Below the pieces are notes generated by a model. The model searched no databases, was not told the origin of the DNA, and saw nothing but the letters and a program-made list of their open reading frames with translations. The position numbers and the translations under genes are program-made. A stretch of 64,000 nt of DNA from Stegostoma tigrinum (taxonomy: Eukaryota). Shown piece after piece: positions 60,634-64,000 of the stretch (positions are counted from its first letter, which is position 1; the number at the start of each line of letters is the position of its first letter). The DNA lies in NCBI RefSeq assembly GCF_030684315.1, contig NC_081367.1, positions 25,340,792-25,404,791 of the forward strand, written 5' to 3'.

Positions 60634-62389
60634 TAAAAGCTTGAGTTCTCTCTCTGCTGCTAGATTCAGAATGCCAATGTCCGAGACTGGAGGAGATAGC
60701 AAGTGAGGGAAATCTGTTTTTCTGAATTTGCCTCTGCCAAATGACGATGAGTAGTAGTTAAATAATATATTACTTTAAGTATTTTGATAGAGTTAAAGTT
60801 ATGCCTATTTTTGTTTGTAATTCAACGAAGGTATGAGAATAAAGTGTGTTTTACATTAAGCCTAGTAGTTTGACCGATCAAAGTGCCTTACGCTTGCCTG
60901 TAAATAAGATGAAACTTCGGATCTAGGCTATCTCCTTGATATGTTTTCAGGGATTTGGTCTCAATTAATTCTAAATAAAATTGGAACAATGTAGAAACCT
61001 GCTGGAAGGAAGGCCAGATTGGAAGTTGGATGGAGAATTGAAATATTTTGGTACCATATGTGCTGGGATTGTAATCTACATTCGTGATGAGAAGGCAACA
61101 TTGTGAGTAGCTATTGAAGTAAACTGGATTGCAAGGATTAGAAACGACTGGCAATGTACCATTGAAAGAATGGTTGAAATGCTGAACAAAGGGTGGGGAT
61201 GAAAATAATATAAACAGCCCACTTTCCAAAGTTGCATAAAAAATATCAGAGGAAAGATTGCTGGATGTCAGGTGTAACAAAAGAAGAGGCAGAGTATCCT
61301 TAAAGGAACAGTTACTTGTGAAATCGAAGTAAAATGTAATTAGTAATGAGACCACGTTGTTGGTAGAGCAAATGGTTGAAGAACTTCAAAATTTGGAAGC
61401 CTGTGGTTTGGAAAGTCAGAACAAGCAGGATCTTGTGATAGTAAGAACATGAGGAAAAAAAAAACTGCAGCAGACCATTTGGCCTATTGAGCCTGCTCCC
61501 CCATTTAATGTGGTCATGGCTGATTTTCTGATTCAACTTCACTTTTCTGCATCCATATTCCTTAATTCTTTGGATCAAAATCTATTGATGTGAGTCTTGA
61601 ACGACAATGACAGAATCATAGACAATTGATCTTTCTGATGTTTCTGTGTAACTTGCTGTTGGCATATACCCAGAAAGTGTTATCTTTATTCACTTGGTTG
61701 CTATCTCTCTCAGTTACTTCTCGTCTCTGCATGGCACTTTTTTACATTGATAGCTTAATTTCCATTGACAACTTGACGTGTGGAGAGGTGCAGGAACAAA
61801 GTTATTTGGCTCTTCTATTTTCTTGCTGCTGGCTGTCAACATAATGCATAGTCAATGTGCAACCTTATTTAAAAACAAACCAGTTTAAAATCTGACAAAT
61901 TGTGACTGAATAATAGAACAGCTAATTGGATTTATGCAGGCCTATTAATGTTGTGAAATGGTTCCAGGTACTTCACAGAAACATAATCAGTCAAAAACTG
62001 ACAGAAGGAGGAATCACGACAAGAGTCACAGAGGTTGATTTTAAGCACAACGTGAAAGGAAGTGATATGGAATGCTAAAAAGGTTTCGGGGGGAACTCGA
62101 GCTTAGGGCTTCAACATCACAGCAAAGGTATCTAAAGGAAGTGGGAAGTGCAGAAGAAACTGCAGTCAGGTACATACGGATTTCTTGGAGGTGTGTAGGG
62201 CTGGAGAAAATTAGAGATAGAAATGTGCAAAATCTGAGCATAGGGAATAAGGATTTTAAAATTGGGGCTTTGTTAGGCTGGGAGCAAAGGTACATTTACA
62301 AGTATGGCTAACTGAACTTCAGTTAGGATAGGGAACTTAAAACTGTTTAATTACCTTGTTCTTTGGAGCACATTGCCAGTAGATGATAA

Positions 62390-63590
62390 AATTCCAGACC
62401 AATTTGGAACAATAGCACCTTTTGATGAAGAGATAGAAAGTTCCATTCTGTAGACCGACCATTTTAATGTGAACGTAAAGGCAAACAAAGTGACTGAAGA
62501 CATAATGGTACCAGCTTCTTGAGCACTGTTGGGAATAAGACCTTCATGATTCTGAGGATTCTGGTGCAACCAGAGAAAGCCATGGAGAAGACATAGTAAG
62601 AACAATGTGATGTGTTGGGAAGTTATTTTGCACCAGAGCCACAGACGATCACGAACGGATACAACACAAAGGAGAGCCCATCACTCACCTTGTGGCTGCC
62701 TTAAAAAGGTTAGTGGAACAGTGCGGATTCAGAATGTTCCTCTAAGATGCGTTGTGGGATTGTTGTTCACAAGGAGAGGCCTGGACATCAAGGCAGTTTT
62801 CAAATTGCTGCCTGAATGGAGTATGGCCACCAGTTAAACAACACATTTGAGTAATGACGTCTACATGCATAAAGTAGCAGATACTCAGCAGAGTCGGTAC
62901 CACCTGTAGAATGCCATTGATGTGACAAGAGTGACGTGTGTTCAACTCAAGAAACCTAGTGCCGCAGGTCTAAGCAAATTGGGCCATTTTGGTCAGAATT
63001 ACTGGGTACATTTCAAGAGAAGAGATGTCTAAAGGAGACAATTCAGAGACCAGGCATGAGGTACATGCTGCCAGCAAAGTAGTAGGCGGGGAGTCAGGAC
63101 GATCTGTGGGAGAAGCAGAAGGCCTAGAGTCAGCTGAGTTTGTTGAACATCATGATGGTGCCAGGTGAAGCTGATCATTACTGGATTCTTCCCAAATTAG
63201 AGGTGAAAAATGGAAGTGGATATGGGTGCAGTGGTCCCTCTGATTCCCAACGAAAATATAGAGAAAAATTAAAGGCACCGTCATTGAAGCGTGCTAAGAT
63301 TACAATATGGACATACATGGAATAAGGGTTGCCACTGAAGGGTTGTGTATTGGTAAAAGTACAGCTATGGGACCAGTGCCTCAATAGTGAAAGGCAACCC
63401 CTGCATTATTTGGTTGCACCTAGTTATGTAATTAAAGTTAAATTGGGCTGTTATTCATAGGTTGGTAGAGTCAAAAACAAGTTTGCAAGAGAATTTGAAC
63501 AGGGAGAAATGAAACTGGTAGAAATTCAATTTTGCTTGAAGTGGGAAACTTGTCCTAAAAGTCTGAAGGCAAGTCTAGTAGTGTATGTCA
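62390..63590 (+). mobile_element. Possible decayed Gypsy gag-protease remnant
   Basis: GTIAPFDEE.. gag-like start, zinc-knuckle-like remnant near 62960-63000 and protease-like LEV..D.GAVVPL near 63200-63250; heavily mutated. Confidence 0.4.
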
Positions 63591-63656
63591 TCTAATCTAA
63601 ACTGTAGTGTTTCCTCCCCACCACCACTTGTAACCAAAAAAATGCTCTTGGAGGAT

Positions 63657-63972
63657 CATAGAATCCCTACAGTGTGGAAATAGGCTCTTTGGTCCACCAA
63701 GTCCACACTGACCATTGGAACATCCCACCCAGACCTATCCCCCAATAATGCACCTAATCTACACATCCCTGAACGCTGTGGGCAATTTAGCACGGCCAAT
63801 CCACCTCGCCTGCACATCTTTGGATTGTGGGAGGAAAGCGGAGCACCCGGAGGAAACCCCCGCAGCTGCAGGGAGATTGTGCAAACTCCACACAGACCGC
63901 CGCCTGAGGTGGCATTGATCCCGGCTTCCTGGTGCTGTGAGGCTGCAGTGCTAATCAATGAGCCACTGTGCT
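63657..63972 (-). mobile_element. HE1/V-SINE-type SINE, near full length
   Basis: Minus strand cacagtggctcattgattagcactgcagcctcacagcacc..V-domain..tail ctgtagggattctatga. Confidence 0.88.
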
Positions 63973-64000
63973 GGCAAGGTGACATTCTTTCTTTTTCTTA

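Larger units (their letters stand above)
55573..60960 (+). mobile_element. Degenerate Gmr1-type Ty3/Gypsy LTR retrotransposon (LTR-gag-INT-RT-RH-LTR)
   Basis: 5' LTR at about 55573-56218; decayed tRNA-Pro-like PBS at 56221-56241; SCAN-like gag at about 56830-57170; integrase SDQGSNFTS..YHPE..DWDKGIP..LVFGYEVRG at 57601-57900; RT WSSP..PKSDG at about 58550-59150; RNase H PFKVAIDA..RPIGYFS at 59280-59680; PPT at 59832-59840; 3' LTR from 59841. Confidence 0.85.

Overview
This is vertebrate genomic DNA. The repeat content (HE1/V-SINE-type SINEs, CR1 and Rex1 LINEs, Penelope elements) points to an elasmobranch (shark). The window holds a complete five-exon SHOX2 homeobox gene on the minus strand (CDS 14695 to 5839; about 293 or 281 aa via an alternative acceptor; one GC-AG intron). 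It sits head-to-head with RSRC1 on the plus strand (putative non-coding exon 1 near 18.1 kb; coding exons at 49491-49672 and 52357-52485; the gene continues beyond the window). RSRC1 intron 1 opens with an 8.6-kb G-rich compound minisatellite, whose giant ORFs are artefacts. The introns also contain several enhancer-like AT-rich blocks and many decayed transposons, including a Gmr1-type LTR element with integrase upstream of RT. The most intriguing signal is a dispersed family of 130-200 bp non-autonomous elements derived from Penelope pseudo-LTRs. They carry minimal hammerhead-ribozyme cores, have 12-15 bp target-site duplications, and often fold back at the ribozyme into long hairpins. Repeat boundaries are approximate, and comparisons with human sequences are from memory, not from a search.
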